A stretch of 63,577 nt of DNA, the filler included, from Trichomonas gallinae (taxonomy: Eukaryota): NCBI GenBank assembly GCA_008369845.1. It is 6 parts of 6 records of this genome, joined end to end, with 100 filler letters (N's around TTAATTAATTAA, not from the genome) between each part and the next. Parts side by side here need not be neighbours in the genome. Positions count along the whole stretch, not along the records: positions 23,278 to 44,381 come from MRSU01001375.1; positions 44,482 to 54,525 come from MRSU01001381.1; 4 more parts are not named here. One strand, given 5' to 3'. Positions within the stretch are counted from its first letter, which is position 1. Every line of letters starts with the position of its first letter. This document shows, piece by piece, positions 34,190-45,526 of this stretch. The position numbers and the translations under genes are program-made. The notes below the pieces were generated by a model that did not search any database, had not been told where the DNA came from, and saw only the letters and a list, made by a program, of their open reading frames with translations.

Positions 34190-35107
34190 CTAAGATCTAA
34201 ATCTAAGCTCTCTCTTCAGTTGCGATAGTCGAGTTAAGAGTCTGTTATATTGATTCTGAATGTTTGGATCAACATTATCGAATGTTTCATCCAGAATATT
34301 TTCTAATTCTACTTTTCTTGTTTCCAAGATTTTAATTTCGCGATTTATGTCAACAGTCTCCATGTCAGCTGGATTTTGGGTTCCTAATGATGAATTACTT
34401 GATCTCATTTCTGGTTTCGGCCTTTTCGGACTTCCGATGTCTACCTGGTATCTTTCTGGCTCATCCTGGAACCTCCTGGGACTGCTAGGCTCATTTCTTC
34501 TTGGACTGTTAAGATCGTTTCGTCTCGGACTCTCTGGAGCGTTTCTAGAGAATCTACTGGCGTTTGAGTATTGATCATTGTCTAACTGTGACATATTAGA
34601 CTGATATAAGCTGGAGTTTTGCTCCTGTAACTTTCTATTTTTCAATTGTAAAGATTCGAGTATTTTCATATTAGCTGCAGACTCTTTGCATTTTATATCA
34701 TATTGGTACTGCAAATAAAGCAGTCTATCTTCTGCTTGCTTTCTTTGATTTTTTTCATTCGTTAGTTCTATTTCAAGATTAGATATTTGTTCAGTAAGCA
34801 TATCTATCTCTGAATGGTCCAATAAATCATCTATTTTTTGGGCCAATATTTTATTTTGCTGCATTAGATCGCGAATTTTAGCTTTAAGTTCTTGATTTTC
34901 TCTTTGTATTTGGAATAATTCTTGATCTTCATCAACCATTATAGAAATTTCATTGTCTTGATCTATTGTCGATGGTTCTTCATTCGAAAAATATGATTGT
35001 TCTGAAATTTTTGATACATTCGCGCTGATTTGCGATGCTCTCTTTGTTGCTTCTTCTCTCCTACGAAGAAGAGCTTGAGCAAACTTGGAATTATCTATAT
35101 TCGACAT
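34190..35107 (-). CDS. Coiled-coil protein with SPRR repeats
   Basis: 305-aa ORF with heptads and three SPRR (CDK-site-like) motifs. Confidence 0.75.
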   Translation of the reverse strand: MSNIDNSKFAQALLRRREEATKRASQISANVSKISEQSYFSNEEPSTIDQDNEISIMVDEDQELFQIQRENQELKAKIRDLMQQNKILAQKIDDLLDHSEIDMLTEQISNLEIELTNEKNQRKQAEDRLLYLQYQYDIKCKESAANMKILESLQLKNRKLQEQNSSLYQSNMSQLDNDQYSNASRFSRNAPESPRRNDLNSPRRNEPSSPRRFQDEPERYQVDIGSPKRPKPEMRSSNSSLGTQNPADMETVDINREIKILETRKVELENILDETFDNVDPNIQNQYNRLLTRLSQLKRELRFRS

Positions 35108-35267
35108 CCAAGTTTTTATTTTTAAACGTTCACTTAATTTTTGACATATGACAATTTACAAATATAGAAATCATTTAATTTACAAGTATAGAATTTTAAT
35201 ATTTACATGACAAATATAACTTTACTTGTCATAATTTTTCTTTTGAAAAAGTAGCCGTTTAATAATA

Positions 35268-35465
35268 ATGTTTCGTCCTCCACCTACAGTTTTAGAGACA
35301 GGGACAGAAGAAGATATGGAGCAATTCCAAGAAATCATGGATAAAAGATCAACACCAGTAACACCTTCTTTCAAACAAAAGGGAATTTTAGATTCTCCAG
35401 ATATCAAACCACGTCCAAGACAGAATGTATCTACTCCAACAGGCTCTATTTCTAGTCCTGATTAA
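35268..35465 (+). CDS. Small Pro/Ser/Thr-rich protein (65 aa)
   Basis: ATG start, coding-like composition, stop within TAAA, divergent from the 35107 gene. Confidence 0.55.
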   Translation: MFRPPPTVLETGTEEDMEQFQEIMDKRSTPVTPSFKQKGILDSPDIKPRPRQNVSTPTGSISSPD

Positions 35466-35880
35466 ATATTTACACCAACGAAGCGTTTGATTGAATATCT
35501 TTCGAGAAAATTAATTTTATTTTAAGCAAATGCTTGAAAGATTTAATCGAAAATTTACAATATAAAACTATTGTTTGTTTCTCACTTGCTTTTCTCTAAT
35601 ATGACTTTTGTAATTTTTTAAAATACAAAGTTTATTCTACTATTATAATGATATACTTGTATATTATTAAGTACACATGTATTTAACGTCTTGAAGTTAA
35701 CATCAATTCGTGAATATTGGTACATATGACGAGATTTATCAGTATTGCAAAGTCAAGCCAGATATTAACAATGATCAATATATTATTGAATGGCTATTTG
35801 CAAAGAAATATGGGATAGATTTTTGCCAAATAAATTTTTGTAAACTATCAAATTGTCAAATAAAATTTTTAAACGGCAAA

Positions 35881-36486
35881 ATGAGACCCCGTCTTCCAGA
35901 CTCGATCCGCCTTGCGGGCATCAAAGGTGGCAGCATTCTCGGACTTCTCGATGATCCACCGATTGTTGCTTCTAACATTCATCACATCGTTTTCATACCT
36001 TTCGCACCACAATGCGGAGCAACGACTTTAATTCAACGTTTAAGTGGCGCTCATCCCAATGATCCTCATCCATCTGCTGGTATCAATGGGTATAGAGGTG
36101 TTTGGTCATTCACACAAGACAGATCTGGCTCTATTTTGTACAGATCTTTGTTTTTGTGGGATTGCTCTTACGATGCCGTCGTTTCTTGCAAAGATATCAT
36201 CGATTCTTACCTTCAATCTGCGCATGTCGTGGTTTTATTGATTCCAAAGTCTTCACGCTCTTTGATTCAAAATATGATTCAATGGTATCAATCGAATAAT
36301 CTTCACTCTCGTCGTGTAGTTATTGTAATTACGAAATCTGATCTTGTTGGAGACTCAAAGATCACTGATGTCGATATCGAAAGTTTAAGTTCAGCTTGTA
36401 ACGCGAAAGTTGTGCAATCAGCTATTTCGTCTGAACCAGATAATGTTGCTCTTGCAATTAATGATAATATTCCAACAATTTCTTAA
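35881..36486 (+). CDS. Degenerate Rab/Ras-like small GTPase
   Basis: G1-like IVFIPFAPQCGATT, G3-like LWDCS, G4-like VITKSD and G5-like QSAI in the correct order; ATG at 35881. Confidence 0.65.
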   Translation: MRPRLPDSIRLAGIKGGSILGLLDDPPIVASNIHHIVFIPFAPQCGATTLIQRLSGAHPNDPHPSAGINGYRGVWSFTQDRSGSILYRSLFLWDCSYDAVVSCKDIIDSYLQSAHVVVLLIPKSSRSLIQNMIQWYQSNNLHSRRVVIVITKSDLVGDSKITDVDIESLSSACNAKVVQSAISSEPDNVALAINDNIPTIS

Positions 36487-36953
36487 GTTTTTTTTCGAAA
36501 ATTCTATCTTTTGTATTAAATTTGTATATTAATGCTACATATAATCATTACATGTAAATCTGTTTCATTGTATGATAATTAAAGGCACCAAAACCATATT
36601 TTTCAAAATATTGAATAATGCATTAGAAATAGTGTTATATACTATACGAATTTGATATACTGTGTGGGTTTATTGTTTGTTATTTGATTCTCAGGACATG
36701 AAAATGATATCTTTTAATGTTCAATATAAAAATATATAATTTAAGGGAAAGTAATAATATATTTAGAAAACAGAGCAGGTATTAAAATCATATCTTAATA
36801 CCCAAATCTAAAATTACAAAAGAATTTATATAAAACAGAACAAACAAAGGATTTGAGCAGTTTTGCTCTCGAGGAAATTGTGCTTTGGATTAAGCAAATT
36901 CAATTCTAGGCACTGGTGAAGTATCAAATGCTAATTGAGAATAAAGTTGTAAA

Positions 36954-38117
36954 TCATGTTGTGTAATCTTGATATGTACCATAGTCATAATAATATGACT
37001 CACTGTGACATATTTCTACTGATTCTTCTTGGTCACTTGGCGAATTTTGAGTTTCATCTGTTTCGTTTTTGTAATAGTTAGTGTCAAACATAGGAATTGA
37101 TCGTGGAATTGAGGAATCACTATACATAGTCGAATAATAGTCTGTTACTGATGTATCTGTGGATTTATTTGTTTTCATATCGGCATGTTCGATTTTTCGA
37201 CTATTGCGCGCTTTGATTACAATAACAAGGACAATAACTGCTAAGCTAACAAGCATAGCTATTGCTACTGCTGACACAATACTATAAATCAAAAACTTTT
37301 CATGATAAGATGATAACAGACGTTTTTGAACTGGAGTCGAAACGTTTGCGTGCACCATAGGCTCGTTATATGATAGATCAATATCCGATAATCTCGATAT
37401 TGAAGGTGAGAGAGGAATTTTACCGGAAATAAGAGGTATTCCAATTGGCTCTTCTATGTTTATATCTATTTTCCTTTCTATTAGTATATTATTGTCGGAG
37501 TTCATAACTGCGACCTGTCCAAGCGTCACAGTCTGCATATCATTAGTTACATTTGTTCTATCTGAGCTCTCTGTTCTAATGGAGTTTCCCAAGGATTTTG
37601 CGAGTTTTTTCGGTGAAGAATCTCTAATCGTTATTTTTTTGCCTATAACGAGCAGTGAGTCATATGTATACTTCGTACAGGTATCATTATGTACATAGGA
37701 CATCCTGAGAGGGAAACTGTTGATGCTTTTCGTTGAAAAATGATAATTATATTCAAAGGATGTGCCTTTCGTGTTAACAACATATTTGGACATGGAATAT
37801 GTTGGATAGTGCAAAATGGTCTGATTTATGGTTGAATATATCACAACATACAGCATTTTGGTGTCAATATTAACAATTGAAGCAGATTTAACAGGACCAA
37901 TGTGTTTGAAGCGAGAATTATCATCCTCATCTTGCCAATATGCATCTATTATTAAGTTGGAGCCAAAAAAGAACCCTGGTCTCGTATATAAACATAGCTG
38001 TGAGAATTCACGAATTTGGAAACTCGTGTTTTCCGTGTATCCTGTCATACTACATGATTCTGGTATATTTGAAACAGATTCTGGCTGTGAAATAGTTAAG
38101 ACAAAAAAGATAAGCAT
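36954..38117 (-). CDS. Type I membrane protein of unknown function
   Basis: Short signal peptide, single TM (aa ~276-301), acidic Tyr-rich tail. Confidence 0.8.
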   Translation of the reverse strand: MLIFFVLTISQPESVSNIPESCSMTGYTENTSFQIREFSQLCLYTRPGFFFGSNLIIDAYWQDEDDNSRFKHIGPVKSASIVNIDTKMLYVVIYSTINQTILHYPTYSMSKYVVNTKGTSFEYNYHFSTKSINSFPLRMSYVHNDTCTKYTYDSLLVIGKKITIRDSSPKKLAKSLGNSIRTESSDRTNVTNDMQTVTLGQVAVMNSDNNILIERKIDINIEEPIGIPLISGKIPLSPSISRLSDIDLSYNEPMVHANVSTPVQKRLLSSYHEKFLIYSIVSAVAIAMLVSLAVIVLVIVIKARNSRKIEHADMKTNKSTDTSVTDYYSTMYSDSSIPRSIPMFDTNYYKNETDETQNSPSDQEESVEICHSESYYYDYGTYQDYTT

Positions 38118-39383
38118 TTTCCTTCAAAATGAAAAAATAATTTAATAGGTTTACAAAAACGTGCTTGATGTTTTCGATCAACCAAAGATTTGATTCAGAC
38201 ATAGAAATAAGATAAAAATAATCCATTTTTATGAAGGATGGTAAATTGAATTATTCATAACGTGCTATTTTTTTTTTAAAAAATTTCATTTCAAAAATGA
38301 TTTAAATTTATGTATATAATGATATGGAATATTGGATGATTTAAAAGCTTTCAATAAAACTGCATAAATTTCAGTGTTGAAGGAGTTTTCAAATAATTTA
38401 AGACAAATCATAGCGGATACTATTATACAAAATAATATCAAAGTTCTAAAATTGACGGATATAGTTTCAACTGGATACTTATCAATTTGAATTATCGAAC
38501 AAGTGGATTGCATTCTTTGTTATATACCTATTTTTGATATAAAAAAATTTTATAAGTCAATTTCATTTTTGCAATATTTTAATACGATATGACTCCTTTA
38601 TCGATATGCATCAAAAATGATTGGAGTTTCAGATAAATGATCATTAAATATTATTAGATTAGGCCAAAATCTGACAATTCAGCCTTATAATTAAGACATA
38701 TACTTTCTCACTCGTTAATAATATATTATCCTATAATTTCATTGCATTTTCTGTCCTGATTTTCACATCTAATAACTTCATTAATATCCAGTTAAGTCAA
38801 GCGGATTCGATTCATATTTGCCAGTATATTATATTGCCTGATGGAAGTACAATAAATATTAATATAGTTGATTGTTTAAACAAATATTGTTCCGTATCTG
38901 CATAAACATAAAAGAAATAGTATATATATTCCAAGTGCATCTTTTTTATCATATTTCTAATCGATATATGCTCATATAAATTTCAAAAATATAAAATTTA
39001 TTAATTTTTAACTTTCATCGTTATATTTTATTAACGCGCTTCTCACATATAATGAATATCCAAAAGAGCAATTCTCTAATTCATTAAATTCCAAACTGTC
39101 AATATATAACACTATATGATAATGTAAGGTTTTTAAAGTAAAATGATTTTATATTCAACGTATAAATCACGCTATGGATAGCATGACCAAGATATAATGA
39201 GTATTTACTAGAAATCCATCGAATATTTTAGAATTCTCTATGAAACAAAGGAATTTTGATGGCATGATTGTATTATTTTGATTAAAAGGGTTATCAAGAA
39301 ACAGAAATCATCGCTAAAAAAAGATGTTTTCTCGCTGATTTCGAAAAAGAAATTTGCGTCGACCGAAAAGTGACAGATATCTA

Positions 39384-40202
39384 ATGAATATCTTCAAGTC
39401 TAGGAAGACAGAGCTTCTCCAGGACATGTCTGCCATTAGGAAATACCTCACATATGCGGCAGAAGCTCACGAAAGGTACGCCAAGTCCTGGTCCGAAATG
39501 GGTGAAACAATCGAAAAAATGATTGTCTCACAGAACCCAGCTGTTGCTGAATTGATGTCAAAATTCTCGAACCTTCTCGGCGAAATTGGAAAATGCCATG
39601 AACGCTTGGCTAAAGAAGAATTAAGAAATTCTGAAGATTTTAACGATATCATCGAGCGTTACAACGTCCTTTATCGCGCTTTCAACACACACAACTCAGC
39701 CAAGGATGCATATAAGAGCGCCGACGCAAATCTCAAGTCAGCATATCAGCGCGACGAAAACGAAAAGGCTAAGCCCGACTACGAGTCACACCGCAAGGTT
39801 AAGCTCCAGAATGATATCGAAAAGTATAGAAGCCAGAAGTCTGAAGCTCTTAAGGTATTGAAAGAAGCTCTCAGAGACTTGATCGACCAGAGAACCAAAT
39901 ACAATAGCTTCAAGGTCAGGAGGTTAATCGAAGGCTGGAACCGCTATGGCCATGCCCTCAAGATCGAGAGCCAGGCTGAGCTTGATCTCATAGTTCAGGT
40001 TCAGGATGTCTTAGCTGAAATCAAGGGTGTTAAGGCTGTTAGCCAGAGCGACCTCAACGCAGTTGAACAAGCTATTACTCATCATATCGAGAATGCACCA
40101 GCTCCAGCTTACGAACCAACCCAGGAGACACTCGCCGATGCTAATGAGGTTACAACACCAGCTGAAGCCAAGGAAGAAGCTCAGGGTGAAACATTTTATT
40201 AA
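39384..40202 (+). CDS. BAR-like helical protein (SNX/Vps5 C-terminal-like)
   Basis: Three long amphipathic helices, biased codon usage; ATG at 39384. Confidence 0.6.
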   Translation: MNIFKSRKTELLQDMSAIRKYLTYAAEAHERYAKSWSEMGETIEKMIVSQNPAVAELMSKFSNLLGEIGKCHERLAKEELRNSEDFNDIIERYNVLYRAFNTHNSAKDAYKSADANLKSAYQRDENEKAKPDYESHRKVKLQNDIEKYRSQKSEALKVLKEALRDLIDQRTKYNSFKVRRLIEGWNRYGHALKIESQAELDLIVQVQDVLAEIKGVKAVSQSDLNAVEQAITHHIENAPAPAYEPTQETLADANEVTTPAEAKEEAQGETFY

Positions 40203-40784
40203 ACAGACCAATCCTTATAGTGATGTACATTAATTACGCTTACTAGAATTACTTAAAGATTTCTTTAATTCTTTTAAATCAAATATTAAGTCAAAATTAA
40301 ATTCAACAAAATTATTATTAAAATTAAGCTAAAATCATAGAAGCAATCGACTGACAAAATCATAGAATTTACCACAACGTGTTGCGAACAATAATTTATA
40401 GTTAATTGTTTATGATCTTGAAAATTAACAAGAAATCTTTGAATATTTCTTAAAATATCATCCTATACATCAACAATTTCACTTTTCCATATATGAAAAT
40501 CAAGAAATACAAAAAGAAATTTTCAAGTTTCCAAAAAAACATATAAAATGACTATGTAAACAACAGATTATTATAGAGGAATCCATTAAGATTCCAGATT
40601 TAACATTCTAAGCTCGAAATCATGATTAAATTTTAAAATTCAAATATTTTGCTAATTTCTCAATGAAACCTGCTGTTTCTGTTATTATTTTAAATATGTC
40701 AAGTCCAAAGGATCGAATACATGCATACAGATTTGATTTAAGATATGATAATAGAAATGATAGATTTTTATCAAACAAAAAATG

Positions 40785-41753
40785 TTAGTTTTGATTGTTG
40801 AGCGTTGGCTGAATGTTAAGCTTGTAATATTGATAGCATAGGTACTTCATTGTCGGAATTGCACGAGCAGCGCTCATAGATGTAGGAAGACCATTTGCAG
40901 GATCAAGGTTGCTGTCGCTGAGCCATGTCTTGATACATTCCTTGCAATAAAAGTTGCATCCGACTAATGTTGGATCCCTCAGCAATGATCTACAGATCAA
41001 ACATTGCAATTGCTCAGGGATTCTCACGTCAGGTGGCACTTCAGGTACAACGGGAGCCTTGAACATGAGCTTGGTAAAGAGTCTGTACAACTCGTCTGAG
41101 ATCCATGAGAGTCCTTCAGTGGAAATTTTATATGAAAGAGGTCCAACGACAAAAGAAACAGCGGTATCAAGGAGATCAGTGGCGAATACGTTAGTATGCT
41201 TGAGAAACAGGCCATGTAAGTAATTGGAAAGGAAATTCAAGCCTATAACGGACGAAACTCGCAAAATTTTGTTGTATTTATTTGGTACAACAGCTTTTGT
41301 CATATTCATATATGCATATGACTGCAAAACTGATAAGGAGGCAAGTTTTATGCTTGGAATTAATGAAGATTTAATTCCGAGATTATAAAAATATTGATCC
41401 AAGAAGTGTAGATTGCCAAAAAAGTATAGAGTTAACGCAGAAAGATAGTGCTTTGTATCGTTTTGGTTTTCTGCAATTTTTGGAATTGTTAAAACAATAA
41501 ATAAAGGATAGAATGTATCTCTAATAAGCAAATGTTCAATAGGCTCACTTCTATTCGCCATTTTCAATATAGAAAGCGATGTAACTGCAGTAGGGAATCT
41601 GGTGTAATAAAAAGCTGGCGCATTTCGTCCAAAAATCAAGTTTTGGTTCGATATATAGTAGTTCCTTATCAACGAAGAGACCTCCAAAATATTTTTTTCT
41701 GTCTTCGCATTCAGCGCTTTTCGATAAAGCGTAAACATAGATATTTTTGACAT
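40785..41753 (-). CDS. Membrane-associated U-box/RING E3 ligase-like protein
   Basis: IPEQLQCLICRSLLRDP...YCKECIKTWL...DPANG at the C-terminus; hydrophobic N-terminal region. Confidence 0.7.
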   Translation of the reverse strand: MSKISMFTLYRKALNAKTEKNILEVSSLIRNYYISNQNLIFGRNAPAFYYTRFPTAVTSLSILKMANRSEPIEHLLIRDTFYPLFIVLTIPKIAENQNDTKHYLSALTLYFFGNLHFLDQYFYNLGIKSSLIPSIKLASLSVLQSYAYMNMTKAVVPNKYNKILRVSSVIGLNFLSNYLHGLFLKHTNVFATDLLDTAVSFVVGPLSYKISTEGLSWISDELYRLFTKLMFKAPVVPEVPPDVRIPEQLQCLICRSLLRDPTLVGCNFYCKECIKTWLSDSNLDPANGLPTSMSAARAIPTMKYLCYQYYKLNIQPTLNNQN

Positions 41754-41981
41754 GTAAGCACAAATATGTCATGTAAATTATATCATTTTTTTACACTCAT
41801 CAAAAATATATTGATATATGAAATCATATGGACTAGGTCTTCAATCCCTGAAAATCTTAGATCATGTTGTTGATATATTTAAAATTTTCCAATTTAATTT
41901 TCTAAACAAGTAGTAATTTCCAAATATAATCATTCGTAGAAGCAGCAAAATGTCTCTTATATGCTAACAAATGAAGAAGAT

Positions 41982-42350
41982 TTAAAGATAAAAGTTTACA
42001 CCTTGGAAATCATGATCGCATACAACAGTTTCTGTATTTGCAGCATGCTGTAATGGATCTAAACCTTTTTCATTACGAACAACTTTTTCAACAAAGGCAT
42101 AATGCGAGTTTAACTTCTCTCCTGAAGCCATCTTGTCAATTATTTCTTGGATTAAGAGTGGATCTCCTGTCATTGATAAATCAACGCGATGAAGGTCATC
42201 CGGATGATTCGTAGATCCGCCAACTATATGGCGTTTGTAACATGCCCTCAAAAACGTTTGTCTAAACATAACTCCCTGAACAACTCCATAGACAGTGAGG
42301 TAAACAGTCTGCTTTCCTCCTCCTCGAATTTCTTCCATTTTCTCCGTCAT
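41982..42350 (-). CDS. Acylphosphatase-like protein
   Basis: VYGVVQGVMFRQ phosphate-binding loop with catalytic Arg, and downstream Asn (GGSTNHPD). Confidence 0.8.
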   Translation of the reverse strand: MTEKMEEIRGGGKQTVYLTVYGVVQGVMFRQTFLRACYKRHIVGGSTNHPDDLHRVDLSMTGDPLLIQEIIDKMASGEKLNSHYAFVEKVVRNEKGLDPLQHAANTETVVCDHDFQGVNFYL

Positions 42351-42878
42351 TTTTTTTATATTTCAGGGTCTAACACCAATTCAATTCCTAAATTAGGGTC
42401 CATTTTTATGACTTTAATTTGTTATGCAAAGTTATATTTGCCACAGCTCCATATTGAATTATGCTGCATATAACCATTTTCATCTCAGTTATTTAACAAA
42501 TTCATTCATCTCCAATTTGTTAATAAATCATTTCTTTATTTTTTCTTGACCAATATCCTACATCAGAATGATCATTAATTAATGTTATGCATTATGTTCA
42601 TTTGTTGCAGCATTGATTGATTATGTTTAGTAATCATCTTCATTGATGGATAAAAAGGTTTGTAGTCACATGTTATTTAACAATGAATTATTTTAAATTG
42701 ATGTTCATTTAGTGCAGCATTGACTAATGACATCTCATCATCAAATTCAAACCATTATATACATTCATTCAAAGTGGGATTATGCATAGATCTTTTTTAA
42801 GAATTAAAATAAGATTTGGTTCATTATTATTTCATAGATGTGAGGATTTTAAATGAATATTGCATAATAATAAAATTC

Positions 42879-43892
42879 TTAAGCTCCTTTAACAAACACT
42901 TGACCATTCCAATCAACACGGCCGCCAATATCGATTACAATAGATTTTTCTGGTTCCGCATGCTCATTGTATAACTCAAGGTCTGTTTTCGCAGGTCTGT
43001 GGCCTAATGGGAATGTTCCGTAGTGCATTGGTACTACTTTTACTGGCTCTAAGAGCCTCGCCATGTCCCAGGCGTCTTTACCATCCATGTGCACCGCGCG
43101 CATCATCTCTGGAGGATCCTGAGGTCCGATGCCGACAATGAACAAATCTGGTCCTTTTCCGAGAGTTTCTTTAACCTCCTTGAAGTGTGGACCGATTGCT
43201 GTATCTCCTGTGTAGTATATGTTGCAGCCCTGGTAGTTTATGTTCCAGCTGCACCAGAGAGTTTGGTCCTGGTCTCTTCCCCAGCGAGCAGATCCGTGAT
43301 GAGATGGGAAGCATGTGAAATCGATGCCATCGACCACTAGATGCGTTCTCCAGTCGAACTCAGTAACGTTTTTAACGCCAAATCCATCAATCATCCTGCC
43401 TACATTTAATGGAGCGAAGAATTTGCAGTCTGGGAAGCGTCTTGCAAGCTCTTTAATGGATCCCTTGTTTAGGTGATCCCAATGGCAGTGAGAAACAAGA
43501 ACGAAAGAGATCGGTGGAAGTTTATCGATTGGACAAGCTGGCGGTGTTGATCTTCTGATCGTTCCTGGGACAGGAGATGCATAGTTTTCGAATATAGGAT
43601 CAGTGAGAATGAACTTATCATTGATTTGAATAAGATTTGTTGCATGTCCAATCCACCAATCTCTAATTCCGTTTCCAAGTGTAAAATCTAGAGTAGGATC
43701 GCGATTTGGCAGTGGTGTAGTCACGTCTTTCGATGTAAAAAACTTGATTGTTGTCTTGAATCCAGTACCACTCATTTTCGGTGCATGAGGTTCGCCGTCG
43801 TTGTTCTTGAAATATCCATCCTTATGATGAGTAGTGTTGTATGTGGAGAGAGGCTCTGGTGTAAGTCCGCTTGTTGTGAAAAAATTTTGCAT
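42879..43892 (-). CDS. NAPE-PLD-like metallo-beta-lactamase-fold hydrolase
   Basis: WIGHAT, LTDPIF, SHCHWDH, LWCSW, YTGDT and PMHYGTF motifs. Confidence 0.9.
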   Translation of the reverse strand: MQNFFTTSGLTPEPLSTYNTTHHKDGYFKNNDGEPHAPKMSGTGFKTTIKFFTSKDVTTPLPNRDPTLDFTLGNGIRDWWIGHATNLIQINDKFILTDPIFENYASPVPGTIRRSTPPACPIDKLPPISFVLVSHCHWDHLNKGSIKELARRFPDCKFFAPLNVGRMIDGFGVKNVTEFDWRTHLVVDGIDFTCFPSHHGSARWGRDQDQTLWCSWNINYQGCNIYYTGDTAIGPHFKEVKETLGKGPDLFIVGIGPQDPPEMMRAVHMDGKDAWDMARLLEPVKVVPMHYGTFPLGHRPAKTDLELYNEHAEPEKSIVIDIGGRVDWNGQVFVKGA

Positions 43893-44243
43893 TTTTTGAA
43901 AAATGTGATGTCACTTTCTATAATCGGCGTAAGAAATTTTTTATGAATCGTCATGATAACTATTTTACCAGCTTTTCCGTTGTCAGGTGATTGTATAATA
44001 GCAGAATCCAACAACGATCTTGTCCAATTTTATTCCTCAATTGAAGTGAATTGATCAAATCAACATAAACAGCAATCAATTATTACATTATATTGACATA
44101 TATAACTAGCATTATCTAAATTTCCTTCTCTTTTGCATTAAAGACATAAGATATCATATTATGTATTAGTGTACCTGCATCAGATGATGTTATAGAAATT
44201 GACGAAAAAGAAGAAGAAAATTATGAGAATAAATTAAAGCTGT

Positions 44244-44381
44244 TTAAAGGTACTGCTCAAGGCGGTGGAAGATATCAGCGCAGCGGCAGGAGTACATCCA
44301 TTCGTTATCGTACCAGGAGAGGACCTTGACGAGTGTGCCCTGGCCTTCTGGGTTTGGAAGAACCATTGTGGAGAGGGAGTC
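44244..44381 (-). CDS. GAPDH: GAPDH, 3' end only (5' part lost in gap)
   Basis: Manual translation gives DSLSTMVLPNPEGQGTLVKVLSWYDNEWMYSCRCADIFHRLEQYL*, with the WYDNE signature. Confidence 0.93.
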   Translation of the reverse strand, partial: DSLSTMVLPNPEGQGTLVKVLSWYDNEWMYSCRCADIFHRLEQYL

Positions 44382-44481
44382 NNNNNNNNNNNNNNNNNNN
44401 NNNNNNNNNNNNNNNNNNNNNNNNNTTAATTAATTAANNNNNNNNNNNNNNNNNNNNNNNNNNNNNNNNNNNNNNNNNNNN
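44382..44481. other. Assembly spacer
   Basis: N-TTAATTAATTAA-N linker. Confidence 0.97.
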
Positions 44482-44588
44482 GGGGGGGGTTAGGGCATCC
44501 TTAATCATCAAAAAAGCCCCCTGCATTAATTTGATAGACCCTGCTGTCTGCCCTTTTTTCCAGTGTCTGCCCCTTTTTCCTGCCACTC
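44482..44588. mobile_element. Probable DNA-transposon terminus (Mutator-like TIR)
   Basis: GC-rich contig end with a 19-bp-spaced direct repeat tgtctgccc(c/t)tttttcc. It ends abruptly in ...GCCACTC (5'-GAG on the minus strand) before AT-rich DNA. Confidence 0.4.
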
Positions 44589-45526
44589 TATCATAATTTT
44601 CAATAAATGATTACAAAACTTTTACACATTTTAGCCGAGGTTAATCTATATATAAATAGTTTCACTTTTTCCAATCTAACATTAGTGGAATTTTGATGTT
44701 TTATTACATCCACAAAAAAAAATGTTTATAGTTATGGTTGATGCTTGAGAACTATCATAGTCTAGTCTCTTGTTGACTTAATTCGATTAATTAGTAAAGA
44801 TTAAAAATTGTTGAATTTCAATGAATTCAAATTTGAGAGGTAAAAATACCAGTCCAGCGGTTGCATAGAATTAATCTTTTTTTTTCAGGAGGTGAGGTGG
44901 TGTGGGCTTGCCAATGCCATCATACGATGGATCCAGCCCTATGATAGGAAATAAAGGAAATAGAGCATGTAGAATTAGTGTTTATAAGCCAAATACAACA
45001 TGCCGACAGATTTTTTATTGCTCCAAAAATATTCATTTCTTTTTGTTTTTATTTTCCTTGGATCTGAATAAAAGTGTTCCCATGTTCTTTAATCTTTATG
45101 TGTATGATATTGACACAAATAAGAAAAAGTTAAAATTTGATACTACTCATAAAAAAATTCTATGAGGTTCTCTCAAATTGATGAACAATAAAAAATATGC
45201 ATCACTTTACAATTCAACATAATATATGTTAGTAAAAAGTGAAACTAATATGATTTCCTAGTAGTAACTTCTGAGAAATAATATATTAAGTTAATTTTAA
45301 AATTAACCTACGATTTAAACTATACTAATGATTCAATTTAGCATATTTCACAAGATTTCAAGACAAATCTATACTCAACACATATATTTTGTAAAATATC
45401 AGAAAACAAATCTGAAAATATCGAGAAATATTATTATTATTTTGATTATGTATACAAACAAACAACATATTTATGAAATACAAACATTAAATATCGATAA
45501 ACTATAAATATCGCATTGATGGAAAA

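Noticed and set aside
44482..44495. GGGTTAGGG as telomeric sequence
   Set aside because: Single unit, no array.
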